From the NCBI GenBank assembly GCA_034530875.2, contig JAVRCJ020000009.1, positions 160,001-224,000 of the forward strand: a DNA stretch of 64,000 nucleotides. Reading direction: 5' to 3'. The translations under genes were made by a program, and so were the position numbers. This document shows positions 12,164 to 22,631 of this stretch, one piece after another. Source of the DNA: Nostoc sp. DedSLP01 (GTDB taxonomy: Bacteria; Cyanobacteriota; Cyanobacteriia; Cyanobacteriales; Nostocaceae). Below the pieces are notes generated by a model. The model saw only the letters and a program-made list of their open reading frames with translations. It had not been told where the DNA came from and did not search any database. Numbering within the stretch: the first letter of the stretch is position 1; every line of letters starts with the position of its first letter.

Positions 12164-13096
12164 ATGTCACAGACTTTCCTACCGCCGAAATGGATTGAAC
12201 AGCTTTACGATCCTTTTGCTGTGCTGGGAATTTCCGTGACTGCTGACGATCGCCAGATTCTCAAACGCTATCACACTTTAGCAAAACTCCTACATCCCGA
12301 TCGGCATACCAAAAGCAGCGATCGAGAGCAACAATTAGCGACGGCAATATTTAGCCATTTAATCAATCCAGCTTACGAGCAGTTAAAAAATCAATACAAA
12401 CGGTTTAACGCCATAGCCGTGCTACTTTCAGAAGGAAGAGCTTTGAAAGAGCAAGCTTTGGCTTCTGAAAGCGCCATAGTCCAGGAACTTCGGGAAATGA
12501 CTGCACCGCAAGCAGAGTTATTTTACGAAGAAGCGATCGCCTGCTATGCAGACGTGCAATACAAATCGCTACATCAGTTTTATCAAGTAACGCAACAAAT
12601 TAGCATACTCAATTTAGTTTACTTACAGTTACATAAACCTCATCTTTTACTACCCCAAGAACCTCTCCCCATTATTCCAAAGGTAGAAATTAAGCCAGTT
12701 GAATTGACATTACCACAAGAAACTAATGTCAAACCAGTTGTGAAAAACTACGCTCAACGTCACTACGAACGAGCTATTGAGTATATTAAACTAACCAAAT
12801 GGACGCTAGCTGTACAAGAATTGCGCGATGCCATCAAGTTAGAGCCTAATAAGAGCGATTATCATGCCTTATTAGGTTACGTGCATCTTCAACAGAAATT
12901 GCTAGGGATGTCCAGAGTTTACATAACTCAAGCATTAAAACTCGATCCGCAACATTCATTAGCTTTGAAATGCGCCACTAGATTGAAAATCCAACCCAGT
13001 GAAAACCGCAATCCGAAATCAATTGCCAAAGCCGTGAGTATTGCTGCTTTGTTGGGTGGATTTCAAGACGGCAAACGTTCTCAAGTCAAGTGTTGA
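12164..13096 (+). CDS. J-domain (DnaJ-like) protein with C-terminal TPRs
   Basis: DPFAVLGI...LAKLLHPDR...INPAYEQL J-domain; TPR AIKLEPNKSDYHALLGYVHL; ATG 12164 chosen. Confidence 0.85.
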   Translation: MSQTFLPPKWIEQLYDPFAVLGISVTADDRQILKRYHTLAKLLHPDRHTKSSDREQQLATAIFSHLINPAYEQLKNQYKRFNAIAVLLSEGRALKEQALASESAIVQELREMTAPQAELFYEEAIACYADVQYKSLHQFYQVTQQISILNLVYLQLHKPHLLLPQEPLPIIPKVEIKPVELTLPQETNVKPVVKNYAQRHYERAIEYIKLTKWTLAVQELRDAIKLEPNKSDYHALLGYVHLQQKLLGMSRVYITQALKLDPQHSLALKCATRLKIQPSENRNPKSIAKAVSIAALLGGFQDGKRSQVKC

Positions 13097-13221
13097 AATT
13101 TGGGTAATCAACCGTACTCAAACCGAAGTTTGGTCGCGAGATTACTTTCCTAAACTAAAATAAAGATAGAAGTCAAACTATTAAGTTACTGAGTCTGGGC
13201 GCTCAGTTTTATATAGGGAAC

Positions 13222-13545
13222 ATGGGATTCTTTGATTCTGAGATAGTTCAGCAAGAAGCAAAGCAGTTGTTTGAAGATTATCAAGCACTGATCGAGCTTG
13301 GCAACAGCTACGGTAAATTTGACCGCGAGGGCAAAAAGCTGTTTATTGAGCAAATGGAAACCATGATGGATCGGTATCGCATCTTTATGAAGCGCTTCGA
13401 GCTATCAGAAGATTTCATGGCACAAATGACAGTAGAGCAACTCAAAACCCAGTTAGGTCAGTTTGGTGTCACCCCGCAACAAATGTTTGACCAAATGCAC
13501 CTCACTTTAGAACGAATGAAAGCCGAGCTAGAAAAACAGCCATAG
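13222..13545 (+). CDS. DUF1825 family conserved cyanobacterial protein
   Basis: MGFFDSEIVQQEAKQLFEDYQ N-terminus typical of this family (recall, not searched). Confidence 0.75.
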   Translation: MGFFDSEIVQQEAKQLFEDYQALIELGNSYGKFDREGKKLFIEQMETMMDRYRIFMKRFELSEDFMAQMTVEQLKTQLGQFGVTPQQMFDQMHLTLERMKAELEKQP

Positions 13546-13547
13546 TA

Positions 13548-13616
13548 AATTTTAGATTTTAAATTTAGGATTTTGGATTAATTACCAATCCAAAATCTAA
13601 AATCTAAAATCCAAAA
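13548..13616. repeat. Inverted STRR heptamer arrays (ATTTTAG/ATTTTGG versus CCAAAAT/CTAAAAT) between convergent genes
   Basis: Two oppositely oriented heptamer arrays that could form a long hairpin. Confidence 0.8.
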
Positions 13617-15539
13617 TCATTGTGACTTTGGACGAGGAAACTGCGAAGGTGGCTTGAAGTTTTCTACTGGTACATTTTTCAGTGCCTTTTCCATAAAATC
13701 TTTCCAAATAGGAGCAACCATAACACCACCGGTAGCATGGTCGGCTAATTGTCTGTTGTCATCTCTCCCCACCCAGACAGCAGTTGTTAGTTGTGGCACA
13801 GTCCCAACAAACCAAATATCTTTTTCTGACGATGTTGTTCCCGTCTTTCCGGCCGCTGGGCGACCTATAGCAGCACTTTTGCCGGTACCTTCAGTAATTA
13901 CCGATCGCATCACATCCAAAATAGCCGCTGATGCCCAAGGATCTAGAACTTGCTGCGGTTTAGGCGTGTTATCTAGTAACACGTTACCGCTACTATCGCT
14001 GACGCGAGCTATGACGGTGGGTGGTGACTGCCAACCATAATTAGCGAAGGTAGCATAAGCACTAGCCATTTCCAGAGGCGTAACACCAATTGCACCCAGA
14101 GGTAGCGAAGTCACAGGTTCCATTGGACTCATAATGCCCAAGGTTCTACAGGTATCGATGACTCTATTCATACCTACAGATTTACCAACCTTGATCACGG
14201 GAATGTTGCGTGACTGCGCTAAAGCTGTGCGGATTGGCATCGGCCCTCTAAAACTGCCATCGTAATTTCTCGGAGAATACCAGCCACTACCATCTTGATA
14301 TCTGACTGGCTCATCCACCACTACTGTGTCTGGCGCATACTTACCAGTAGCAAAAGCAGTGTAGTAAACGAAAGGTTTAAAAGAAGATCCTGGCTGACGC
14401 TGGGCTTGAGTTGCACGATTGAATTCACTGGCTTTCGGATCTATACCGCCCACTAATGCTTTGATAAAATGCGTGCGTGGATCTATTGACACTAATGCCA
14501 TTTGATTCTTAGCTAATCCCTGGTCGAGAAGCCTTTGATGCCACTTAGCGACAGTTTCCTCTGCCATAATCTGGAAGTTGGCATCAACTGTGGTTTGTAC
14601 CCGCATTCCGCCCTTGAGTAGTGCCTCACGCCCAAACTTCTTAGCCAACTCCTGCGCTACAGTATTGCTTATATAAGGTAGGGCACTACCTTGAAAGGAT
14701 TTGATTTTGCCAAGTTTGATTTCTTGCTTGAGAGCATTATCGTATTCTTGCTGGCTAATCCAGTTCAATTCCAGCATCCGTCCCAGCACTTCTTTTTGTT
14801 TCTCTTTCGCATCCTTCATACTGACAAACGGGCTTAATTGTTCCGGTGCTGGAATCAAACCCGCCATCATTGCCGACTCACCCAAGGTTAAAAATTCTGC
14901 TGACTTATTAAAGTAACTGCGTGCTGCTGTTTGTACGCCATAATTGTTATGACCCCAATAAACTTGATTGAGGTACATTTCTAAAATTTGGTCTTTGGTG
15001 AGAATTTGCTCTAACCGAATTGCTAGCACCCCTTCTGCTAACTTGCGGGTAAAGGCACGCTTGCGAGTCAAAAATATATTTTTTACTAACTGCATTGTGA
15101 TGGTAGAGCCACCTTCGCGGACTCCACCTGCGACAGCGTTAACTACTACAGCACGTCCAACACCAGTGGGGTTAATTCCGTGATGATGGTAGAAGTGGCT
15201 ATCTTCACTTGCCAATACTGCGCGTTTGAGATTTGGGGAAATTTTATCTAAGGGAACTACTTCCCGGTTGGCTTCCCCGTGGACGCTAGCTAAGAGTTTT
15301 CCTTTAATGTCATAAATGTAAGTCGTTTCTGAGGGAAAAAAGTTACGTAGCTGTCTGACATCTGGCAAATTGCGGAAACTAATCGCTAAACCAACCAGCC
15401 CTCCGGCTACAATGGAACTTGCCAGCATGGTAATTGACAGAAGAGTACCGCCAGTTACCTGACCGACTCCTTTCAAAAACTCAAAACCTGATGAAGCCCG
15501 ACTTTGTGGCTGTTTATCTTCAAAAGTCCTAGACGACAC
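13617..15539 (-). CDS. Class A penicillin-binding protein (transglycosylase/transpeptidase)
   Basis: [36 protein letters not shown] and KTG transpeptidase motifs. Confidence 0.95.
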   Translation of the reverse strand: MSSRTFEDKQPQSRASSGFEFLKGVGQVTGGTLLSITMLASSIVAGGLVGLAISFRNLPDVRQLRNFFPSETTYIYDIKGKLLASVHGEANREVVPLDKISPNLKRAVLASEDSHFYHHHGINPTGVGRAVVVNAVAGGVREGGSTITMQLVKNIFLTRKRAFTRKLAEGVLAIRLEQILTKDQILEMYLNQVYWGHNNYGVQTAARSYFNKSAEFLTLGESAMMAGLIPAPEQLSPFVSMKDAKEKQKEVLGRMLELNWISQQEYDNALKQEIKLGKIKSFQGSALPYISNTVAQELAKKFGREALLKGGMRVQTTVDANFQIMAEETVAKWHQRLLDQGLAKNQMALVSIDPRTHFIKALVGGIDPKASEFNRATQAQRQPGSSFKPFVYYTAFATGKYAPDTVVVDEPVRYQDGSGWYSPRNYDGSFRGPMPIRTALAQSRNIPVIKVGKSVGMNRVIDTCRTLGIMSPMEPVTSLPLGAIGVTPLEMASAYATFANYGWQSPPTVIARVSDSSGNVLLDNTPKPQQVLDPWASAAILDVMRSVITEGTGKSAAIGRPAAGKTGTTSSEKDIWFVGTVPQLTTAVWVGRDDNRQLADHATGGVMVAPIWKDFMEKALKNVPVENFKPPSQFPRPKSQ

Positions 15540-15637
15540 GGCGATTTCACTTCCTCACTTGTAAATTTAACTGTAATAGATTGGGCGAAGCAAGGCGGTT
15601 AATTTTTTGCAATTATAGTAGTTTGGCAGATGAGAAA

Positions 15638-16903
15638 GTGGATAAATTGCAAGTGTTCATAACCAACTTCACTTCTAGTGTACAAAGCATAGCTAACAGT
15701 GAATTTTCTAGCACGACGCCAGATTTTTCTTGGTTGCGTCGGGGTGTAGTAGAAGTTTTCCCACAACCAGTTGATATTAACAGTGAAAGTCTAGAAAAAC
15801 GCTTATTAACTACAAATCAACCTTTGAGGATCAAATTGGGAATCGATCCTACTGGTACTGATATTCATCTAGGTCATAGCATACCAGTACGAAAACTGCG
15901 AGCGTTTCAAGATGCAGGTCATACAGCAGTTCTAATTATTGGCGATTTTACAGCACGCATTGGGGATCCGACTGGTAAATCTGAGGCGCGTCGTCAGCTT
16001 ACAGAAGCAGATGTCGCCCAAAATGCCCAGACTTATCTCGACCAAGTGCGTCCTATCTTGGATTTTGACACACCAGGAAGGTTAGAAGTGCGTTATAACT
16101 CCGAATGGCTTTCTCAGCTCAACTTAGAGAAAATTTTGGAGTTACTCTCCACGATGACGGTGGGGCAAATGTTAGCTAAAGAGGGATTTGCCGAACGCTA
16201 TAAAAAAGAGAATCCGATTTTTATCCATGAGTTCCTGTACCCTTTGATGCAAGGCTTTGATTCGGTTGCGGTGCAGGCAGATGTGGAATTGGGAGGGACT
16301 GACCAAAAATTTAACATTGCTGTGGGCAGAGATTTACAGCGCCATTTTGGTCAAAAGCCACAGTTTGGAATGCTGCTACCAATTTTAATCGGTACAGATG
16401 GCGTACAAAAAATGTCTAAGTCTTTAAGTAATTATATTGGGTTATTAGAACATCCAGGACAAAAGTATCAGAAATTACAAGGAATACCCGACCATCTGCT
16501 GGAGCAGTATTTTGAACTGTTGACGGATTTACCTTTAGACAAATTGCCAGAAAATCCGCGCGATCGCCAGACACTTTTAGCATGGGAAGTTGTCAAACAG
16601 TACCACGGCGAAACAGCAGCCCAAGAAGCAAAAGAAGCTGCCCAAAGCGGCGGTAAGGAAGGTGCTGTTCCAGAATTTTCTTTGGCTGGGGTGTCACAAT
16701 TTCCCGTAAAGTTAGCCTATCTTCTCAATGTGACTGGCTTGTGTAAAAGTACAGGAGAAGGCAAGCGCAAAATTCAAGAAGGTGGAGTACGCTTAGATGG
16801 CGATCGCATTTCTGATGCCGATACCACTTTCGCTGCTGCTAGCGATTTACAAGGTAAAGTTTTACAAGTCGGCAAAAATAAATTTGTGCGTTTAGTGCTT
16901 TAG
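15638..16903 (+). CDS. tyrS: Tyrosyl-tRNA synthetase (start uncertain)
   Basis: GIDPTG, HLGH, GGTDQ, KMSKS and a C-terminal S4 domain; there is no in-frame ATG before HLGH. Confidence 0.95.
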   Translation: MDKLQVFITNFTSSVQSIANSEFSSTTPDFSWLRRGVVEVFPQPVDINSESLEKRLLTTNQPLRIKLGIDPTGTDIHLGHSIPVRKLRAFQDAGHTAVLIIGDFTARIGDPTGKSEARRQLTEADVAQNAQTYLDQVRPILDFDTPGRLEVRYNSEWLSQLNLEKILELLSTMTVGQMLAKEGFAERYKKENPIFIHEFLYPLMQGFDSVAVQADVELGGTDQKFNIAVGRDLQRHFGQKPQFGMLLPILIGTDGVQKMSKSLSNYIGLLEHPGQKYQKLQGIPDHLLEQYFELLTDLPLDKLPENPRDRQTLLAWEVVKQYHGETAAQEAKEAAQSGGKEGAVPEFSLAGVSQFPVKLAYLLNVTGLCKSTGEGKRKIQEGGVRLDGDRISDADTTFAAASDLQGKVLQVGKNKFVRLVL

Positions 16904-16917
16904 AAGGGGAATAGGGA

Positions 16918-17649
16918 ATGGGGAATGGGGAATCGCTAGAACAACGAGTGATAGTGGCTTTAGATGTGCCAGATGCAGAAAGTGCGATCGCCCTTGTGGA
17001 TAAACTCGAGCAAGTAACTTTCTGGAAAGTAGGCTTAGAGTTGTTTACCAGCACCGGGCCGAAAATTTTAGAAATCCTCAAGTCGAAGCAAAAGCGCATT
17101 TTCCTCGATTTAAAGTTTCACGATATCCCCAACACGGTTGCTGGTGCTTGCCGAGTTGCAGCAGGTTATGGGGTAGATTTATTGACAATTCATGCTACAT
17201 CTGGTAAAGATGCGCTCAAAGCTGCAACGGAGGCAGTACACCAGGGTGCTTCCCAAGCGGGTGTAAAACCACCTAAATTAATAGCGATTACTGTGCTAAC
17301 AAGCATTTCTTCGAGGCAGTTAGCATTTGATTTAAAGATTCCTCTAGAGTTACCAGAATATGCTTTAGAAATGGCATTGATGGCTCAAGAAGCGGGGTTG
17401 GATGGGGCAGTTTGTTCGCCTCAGGAAGTAGCACAGCTGAGGCAAACTTGTGGAGATGATTTTTTGCTGGTTTGTCCGGGAGTTAGACCTAGTTGGGCAG
17501 ACAAAGCCGATCAAAAGCGATCGCTCACTCCCGCACAAGCGATCGCTGCTGGGGCAAATTACTTAGTAATTGGGCGTCCTATTACTGCTGCTGCCGAACC
17601 TGAGCTAGCTTGGAAGAGAATTTGTGAGGATTTGAGTGCGATCGCATGA
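16918..17649 (+). CDS. pyrF: Orotidine-5'-phosphate decarboxylase
   Basis: [30 protein letters not shown]. Confidence 0.96.
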   Translation: MGNGESLEQRVIVALDVPDAESAIALVDKLEQVTFWKVGLELFTSTGPKILEILKSKQKRIFLDLKFHDIPNTVAGACRVAAGYGVDLLTIHATSGKDALKAATEAVHQGASQAGVKPPKLIAITVLTSISSRQLAFDLKIPLELPEYALEMALMAQEAGLDGAVCSPQEVAQLRQTCGDDFLLVCPGVRPSWADKADQKRSLTPAQAIAAGANYLVIGRPITAAAEPELAWKRICEDLSAIA

Positions 17650-18473
17650 AGGCAGAAGTCAGCAAGAGGACAAGGCCAAACTCCGTAGATAAACCCACGG
17701 GCTTGAAACAACGACACCTCATACCTCGTTGCAAGAAATCTCGGTATAAATTTTCCTCTTTCTCTATAAATGAATTCTTTTTTTTTAAACCCTGTAACCA
17801 AGGGGTTTTTTCTTTTTTCCCTTTGTACGCAAATCTCTGGATATCTTTTTCCTCTACAGCCAGAAATCAAATTTCTGGTTTGTGGCTTCTATGTGGTTTG
17901 TGGTTTCTAATAGCAAATATTTCAAATAATTCTGCATTGGCGAAGAATTTCACTCCTAGACCTTTTTTATTAGCAGAGACGGAAAAGGTTAATAATGGGG
18001 CAAAGTCTATGTGTTCTGAACAAGATTTAGAAACACTAACAACACAGTTATTACAAGATTTACCTAGTTACGCCAACCGCGCGAACCAACGCGCTCGTCG
18101 TCGCAGTCGTAGTGCTGACTTATATAGTTATATGCTGGTAGCAGGAAGACCTGAGTTTACTGCACTACCCCTTAACATTGAAGAATATAGTACAGGTACT
18201 TCTGAAACTTCTGCCTCAGGAGTCGAGCAAGTTTTTTTTACCACCTTAGAGCGTCAATATATAAATAAGACAGCGATAGAATTGCAAGAATTTCACTGGC
18301 TATTGTTGACTAAAACTATAAGTGGTTGGCGTCTGGTGATGATGTTTTCTCAAACAGGTGCTTATCCGAAAAATCAGCCACCATCACCGCCACGCGATAG
18401 TAGTAATGGTGCGATCGCTCAAGGTGTTCAAGCTTGGTTGCGCGATTGTCAAGCTGGAAGTGTGCGAAAATAA
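17646..18473 (+). CDS. Conserved cyanobacterial hypothetical protein (start uncertain)
   Basis: ATGA overlap with the pyrF stop; C-terminal half looks globular ([30 protein letters not shown]). Confidence 0.65.
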   Translation: MKAEVSKRTRPNSVDKPTGLKQRHLIPRCKKSRYKFSSFSINEFFFFKPCNQGVFSFFPLYANLWISFSSTARNQISGLWLLCGLWFLIANISNNSALAKNFTPRPFLLAETEKVNNGAKSMCSEQDLETLTTQLLQDLPSYANRANQRARRRSRSADLYSYMLVAGRPEFTALPLNIEEYSTGTSETSASGVEQVFFTTLERQYINKTAIELQEFHWLLLTKTISGWRLVMMFSQTGAYPKNQPPSPPRDSSNGAIAQGVQAWLRDCQAGSVRK

Positions 18474-18496
18474 GCAAATTAGGAGAACATTAAATA

Positions 18497-18949
18497 ATGT
18501 CTACAATACCGACTCAAATCCTATACGAACAGGATTATCAATTGTGGTTAGAAATGACATTGAAACAATTGCAAGAAAGAGATTTAGATCGTCTTGATTG
18601 GGAGCATTTGATTGAGGAGATTGAAGCATTGGGTAACGAACAGAAACACAAGCTCGAAAGTTATCTACTGCAACTTCTCAAACATCTGCTTTTGTATCAA
18701 CATTGGAGCCTGCCTGAGTGTAAAAATCATTGGGAAGTGGAAATTGATAATTTTCGAGTAGAACTCAGAAAATTAACTAAATCTAAAAACCTCTACAATT
18801 ATTTGCTGAGAGTGCTTGAGGAAGTCTACATCGATGCATTACGACAAGCAAAAAAGAAAAGTGGGTTAAATTGTTTCCCACAAAGTTGTCCTTATACTGT
18901 TGAGCAAATTTTAGATGTGGATTATTTACCACCATTTATGTATTTATAA
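18497..18949 (+). CDS. DUF29 family protein
   Basis: LYEQDYQLWL, LDWEHLIEEIEALG, HLLLYQ, FPQSCPYTVEQILD; AGGAG upstream. Confidence 0.9.
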   Translation: MSTIPTQILYEQDYQLWLEMTLKQLQERDLDRLDWEHLIEEIEALGNEQKHKLESYLLQLLKHLLLYQHWSLPECKNHWEVEIDNFRVELRKLTKSKNLYNYLLRVLEEVYIDALRQAKKKSGLNCFPQSCPYTVEQILDVDYLPPFMYL

Positions 18950-18952
18950 GGT

Positions 18953-18997
18953 GAGCCAGTGCCTTGGGCGGCTCTGCCGACTTGAAGCAACTGGCGT
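18953..18997 (-). repeat. Small dispersed palindromic element (ACGCCAGTTGC...GCACTGGCTC family D)
   Basis: Ends resemble those of 28792-28863; internal GGCGGCTCTGCCGAC hairpin. Confidence 0.65.
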
Positions 18998-19067
18998 ACA
19001 AAGAAGAAAGTAAAAATAAAAACTTTTGCAAAAAGTCTACTGTTTAGAGGGCGCTGCAACGGTTTTG

Positions 19068-19892
19068 TTATGCCATCTGTTCGCTGAGTTTACGACCTGT
19101 TACAAAGAACATCGTTACATCATTCCAATAGCCTTCTTCGGTTGAAGCTTTATTTATCTCTGTAAAGTATTCGTGTTTACACTGCTCCAACTTTTCATTT
19201 GACCATTTTACATCCTGAAGCCCGAACGCACTCTTGGCATTGGCAACCCAAGCATCTTCTGGATCTTGAAAGTAGAAACCAAATTTCTCAGTTGTGATTT
19301 CGATCTCTTTAAATCCAATCATTTCAAGCAGTTGAGAACAACGCTTAGGTGTTCCAAGTAACTGATTGGGATTGGGAATAGTAATACCGTATCGTTTCAC
19401 AATTGTCCGAAACAAGACAGACGCGGTTGCTGAGGTTTCGGCAAGACAGGAAAATGCAACAACTCCTCCTGGTTTCAAAGCATTGTGCCATCGACGAACT
19501 GATTTTGGAATATCTATCAAGTAGGAGATCGCTGATGAACAGAGGATGGCATCAAATTGACTTGACTGCAATTGTTGTTCATCTGCATCCGCTTCTTCAA
19601 ATTTGGTATTTGTTAGTCCCAAAACCTCAATCTTGTGTTGAGCTTGCTGCAACATTCCCAAAGCAAAGTCAGTCCCTAAAACACGACCTTTAGAACCAAC
19701 AACCATCGCCGCAGCAATAGCCGCTAAACCAGTTCCAGTAGCAATATCTAGAACCTGCTGACCTGATTGTAATTTTGCCAACTCTACTAGTCGTGTTGCA
19801 GCCCTTCTACGAAATTCATTCTCGTAGTTTGGACGATTGTTGAAGTCATTGAGAATTTGCTGTTTGTAAGCACTTATAGATGAGTAAGTCAT
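19068..19892 (-). CDS. Class I SAM-dependent methyltransferase (UbiE-like)
   Basis: VLDIATGTG, FDAILC, LKPGG. Confidence 0.9.
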   Translation of the reverse strand: MTYSSISAYKQQILNDFNNRPNYENEFRRRAATRLVELAKLQSGQQVLDIATGTGLAAIAAAMVVGSKGRVLGTDFALGMLQQAQHKIEVLGLTNTKFEEADADEQQLQSSQFDAILCSSAISYLIDIPKSVRRWHNALKPGGVVAFSCLAETSATASVLFRTIVKRYGITIPNPNQLLGTPKRCSQLLEMIGFKEIEITTEKFGFYFQDPEDAWVANAKSAFGLQDVKWSNEKLEQCKHEYFTEINKASTEEGYWNDVTMFFVTGRKLSEQMA

Positions 19893-19933
19893 ACTAGACG
19901 TTACCCTGTTATTTTGAACGCACTTAATTTTTA

Positions 19934-20614
19934 CTAAATATTCTTTTGAATTTCATCGAACTTAGCACGTACTGCTTGGATATCCTGCCACATTAACCAC
20001 TTAGGACTGCCTCTTTCTTTAGAAGGGTTACGCAGCAAATAGGAAGGATGAAAAATTGGCATACACAAACGCTCTTCCCACTCTAGCCATTGTCCGCGAA
20101 TTTTCGTAATTGCCCGCTTATCGCCCGTCAAACTTTTGAGGGCAGTTGCACCTGTTAAAAGAATAATTTTCGGGTCAACCAGACGAATTTGCTCTAATAA
20201 GTAGGGTTTGCAAGCCGCCATTTCTTCTGTAGTCGGAACTCTATTATTTGGCGGACGGCATTTATTAATATTGGCAATGTATACATCTTGCTCAGTACTT
20301 AAATTCACAGATGCGAGAATTTTCTCTAGCAACTGTCCTGATTTACCTACAAATGGTAAACCTGTTTCATCTTCACTTTGACCAGGCGCTTCTCCCACAA
20401 CCATTATTAGTGCTTTGAGGTTGCCGCGTCCGACAACAGCATGGGTACGAGTCTCTCCTAATACACACCGATGGCAGCTATTGCAATGCTGTGCCAGTTC
20501 GGTCATAGCAGAATAAGTTCCCGGAGGAATGGGAATTTTAGCGTCTGTGGGAATCAGCTCTTGTTGGTTAAACGTTGAATCCTCGAAGAGGCTGAGTTGG
20601 GTTTCGCTGCTCAT
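19934..20614 (-). CDS. Uracil-DNA glycosylase family 4 (Fe-S)
   Basis: CHRC, VGEAPG, PFVGKSG, KCRPPNNR, FHPSYLLR. Confidence 0.92.
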   Translation of the reverse strand: MSSETQLSLFEDSTFNQQELIPTDAKIPIPPGTYSAMTELAQHCNSCHRCVLGETRTHAVVGRGNLKALIMVVGEAPGQSEDETGLPFVGKSGQLLEKILASVNLSTEQDVYIANINKCRPPNNRVPTTEEMAACKPYLLEQIRLVDPKIILLTGATALKSLTGDKRAITKIRGQWLEWEERLCMPIFHPSYLLRNPSKERGSPKWLMWQDIQAVRAKFDEIQKNI

Positions 20615-20811
20615 GAAAATTACGATTTTGGTATCAGCACCAGTCTTATCTGATTTAAATATGTCTTTGGTTAGACACTTATCAGAAATAGACTTGGAAA
20701 ATGAATTTACTCAATACTTAATTATTTATACAAATATTATTTTATCAGTTAATTTGAGACAGAGTTCAGTCATGATAAAAGCAGTGCCGTCCTAAGACGT
20801 CGGGGGAAACC

Positions 20812-21510
20812 ATGTCACAGACCCCACTTTTCGCCGATCGCATCCATGCGGGTGAGGAATTGGCGCGAGTAATTCACGAGCTTTTGACTCAGCAAACTAT
20901 TGATTCTGGGGTAAAGCCTGTACCAATTGTTTATGCTTTACCTAGAGGCGGCGTACCAGTGGCAGCACCAATAGCGCGTCTTTTGGGTTGTCCGTTAACA
21001 ATAGTTGTAGCAAAAAAAATTAGCCATCCAGACAACCCAGAATTAGCAATTGGTGCGCTCACCAGTTCTGGAAATGCTATTTGGACTGAGCAAAAGCTAT
21101 TTCGCTTCAAAAATAATTTCCGCTGGCGAGAAGTGGCTTTCAATAAAGCTATTAAACAAGCAAAGGCTTTAGAGGAACAATTAATTTCTGCTTGTCCTCA
21201 GGTGAATCCAAAGAATAAAACGGCCATTTTAGTCGATGATGGCATCGCCACAGGTATGACTATGGCGGTAGCTGCTAGTGCCATCAAAGCCTTTTCTCCA
21301 GCAGCAGTTTGGCTATGTACTCCAGTCGCACCAAAAAGCTTACTACCCCGGTTGAATCAATGGGGCGATCGCATTATTGCCCTAGAAACACCAGAACCTT
21401 TCTGGAGTGTGAGTAATTTTTACTTACAATTTCCCCAGGTAGACACATTAGAAGTTCTCGCAACTCTCCAGCAACAAAAAACTATCGGCACAATGGATCT
21501 ATGCGAGTAA
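20812..21510 (+). CDS. Phosphoribosyltransferase family protein
   Basis: FADRIHAG, LPRGGVPVA, ILVDDGIATG PRPP loop. Confidence 0.88.
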   Translation: MSQTPLFADRIHAGEELARVIHELLTQQTIDSGVKPVPIVYALPRGGVPVAAPIARLLGCPLTIVVAKKISHPDNPELAIGALTSSGNAIWTEQKLFRFKNNFRWREVAFNKAIKQAKALEEQLISACPQVNPKNKTAILVDDGIATGMTMAVAASAIKAFSPAAVWLCTPVAPKSLLPRLNQWGDRIIALETPEPFWSVSNFYLQFPQVDTLEVLATLQQQKTIGTMDLCE

Positions 21511-21519
21511 TTTTTAATT

Positions 21520-21699
21520 TTATTTTCTTGCCAGAATTCCTGGAGCATAAGCTTCAATTACTTTCCCAGTCCGGGTACAACTAATCATTAAGTAATCGCA
21601 ACTCGAGCATTGCGTTCGAGTTAATTGATTATCAGTAATGTAATAACGTTCCGCTTGGCTACCACAATTTGGGCAGTAAATTTTTTGTACTGTCTGCAT
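21520..21699 (-). CDS. Small zinc-ribbon protein (59 aa)
   Basis: CPNC and CSSC pairs, ends VIEAYAPG; ATG 21699 chosen rather than 21777. Confidence 0.75.
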   Translation of the reverse strand: MQTVQKIYCPNCGSQAERYYITDNQLTRTQCSSCDYLMISCTRTGKVIEAYAPGILARK

Positions 21700-22039
21700 T
21701 TTAAAATCCCTGGTTGTATTTATTTTGTATTTGGTAAAGCTCTTAATTAAACTCAGAAAAATTCTGGTTCGACCCAAGTTAACAAACTATTGTCAGATTG
21801 CCTAATATTTTTAAACAAAATTTTAAGTTTGAAAAATTTGAGATTTCTTTAGTCTATTATTCTAAAAGCTAGCCTATTTTACCCTCCTTCCTGAGATATA
21901 TAAATTAATTTTTTATGAATTTCGTTTAGAGATTCGGCGATCCCTATACTTAATGCCTTGAGAGAGGCCGATTTTACGCATTTAAGACAAACACAAAAAA
22001 AGCCATTATAGTATTCAAAAATTAAACCTACGAAATTAC

Positions 22040-22055
22040 TGTATCTTTGGTTACA
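22040..22055. promoter_or_regulatory. Putative NtcA binding site TGTA-TCTTTGGT-TACA
   Basis: Matches the extended consensus TGTA-N8-TACA in an intergenic region; no canonically spaced -10 found. Confidence 0.45.
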
Positions 22056-22245
22056 AAATCTCTGTCTTAAGATTTAGTTAACATTTACAACGAGAGTTGT
22101 AAGATTAAATTCTAGAAATCAAATATTTGATGGAAACTAGGGAACTTTGAAGAAATATCAAGAGTGAGTAGAGACGGTTTACCAATCTGCGTGTAAATTT
22201 ATTGGTTATACCAATTTGAAAAAAGAATACGAGAAATACACTAAA

Positions 22246-22271
22246 GGCGCACAGCTAGCTGTGCGCCCCTA
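22246..22271. repeat. REP-like palindrome GGCGCACAGCTAGCTGTGCGCC(CCTA)
   Basis: Perfect 22-bp palindrome; near-identical copy at 56125-56154. Confidence 0.75.
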
Positions 22272-22631
22272 TTAACAATCAATGTAGTGATGAGTTTCAA
22301 TTGATGGAGAGCGATCGCTTCACTCCTCCTGAAATTCCCAGGTTCGCCAGCTACAATCGCTTTGACACTATCCAAGTCTTATTCTCACCTGGTGCGATCG
22401 CTTTGATGTTACCCTCACTAATGCTGGCGTTCTGAAATTTCTAGCTGATACAAACAATATTCGTTTTGAAAATAGGTTACAAAACTTTAGAAAGCCGCAA
22501 TGATAATTTTCCCTATTAACAAAATGAAATTCAGAAATCAGTAACCAGAATTATCCAATTGGATTTTATGTAACTGTTGTATGAAAAATGAATGGGTTTG
22601 AGCCATCCATTCAATAATTGTTTGACTCATA

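Noticed and set aside
17675..17731. CRISPR-repeat-like end AAACCCACGGGCTTGAAAC followed by a small hairpin
   Set aside because: Single copy, no spacer-repeat periodicity, no cas genes, and it lies inside an ORF.
22300..22460. HIP1-containing, moderately GC-rich intergenic patch as a possible pseudogene
   Set aside because: Manual translation of the reverse-strand frames gave short, stop-interrupted peptides with no recognisable family.
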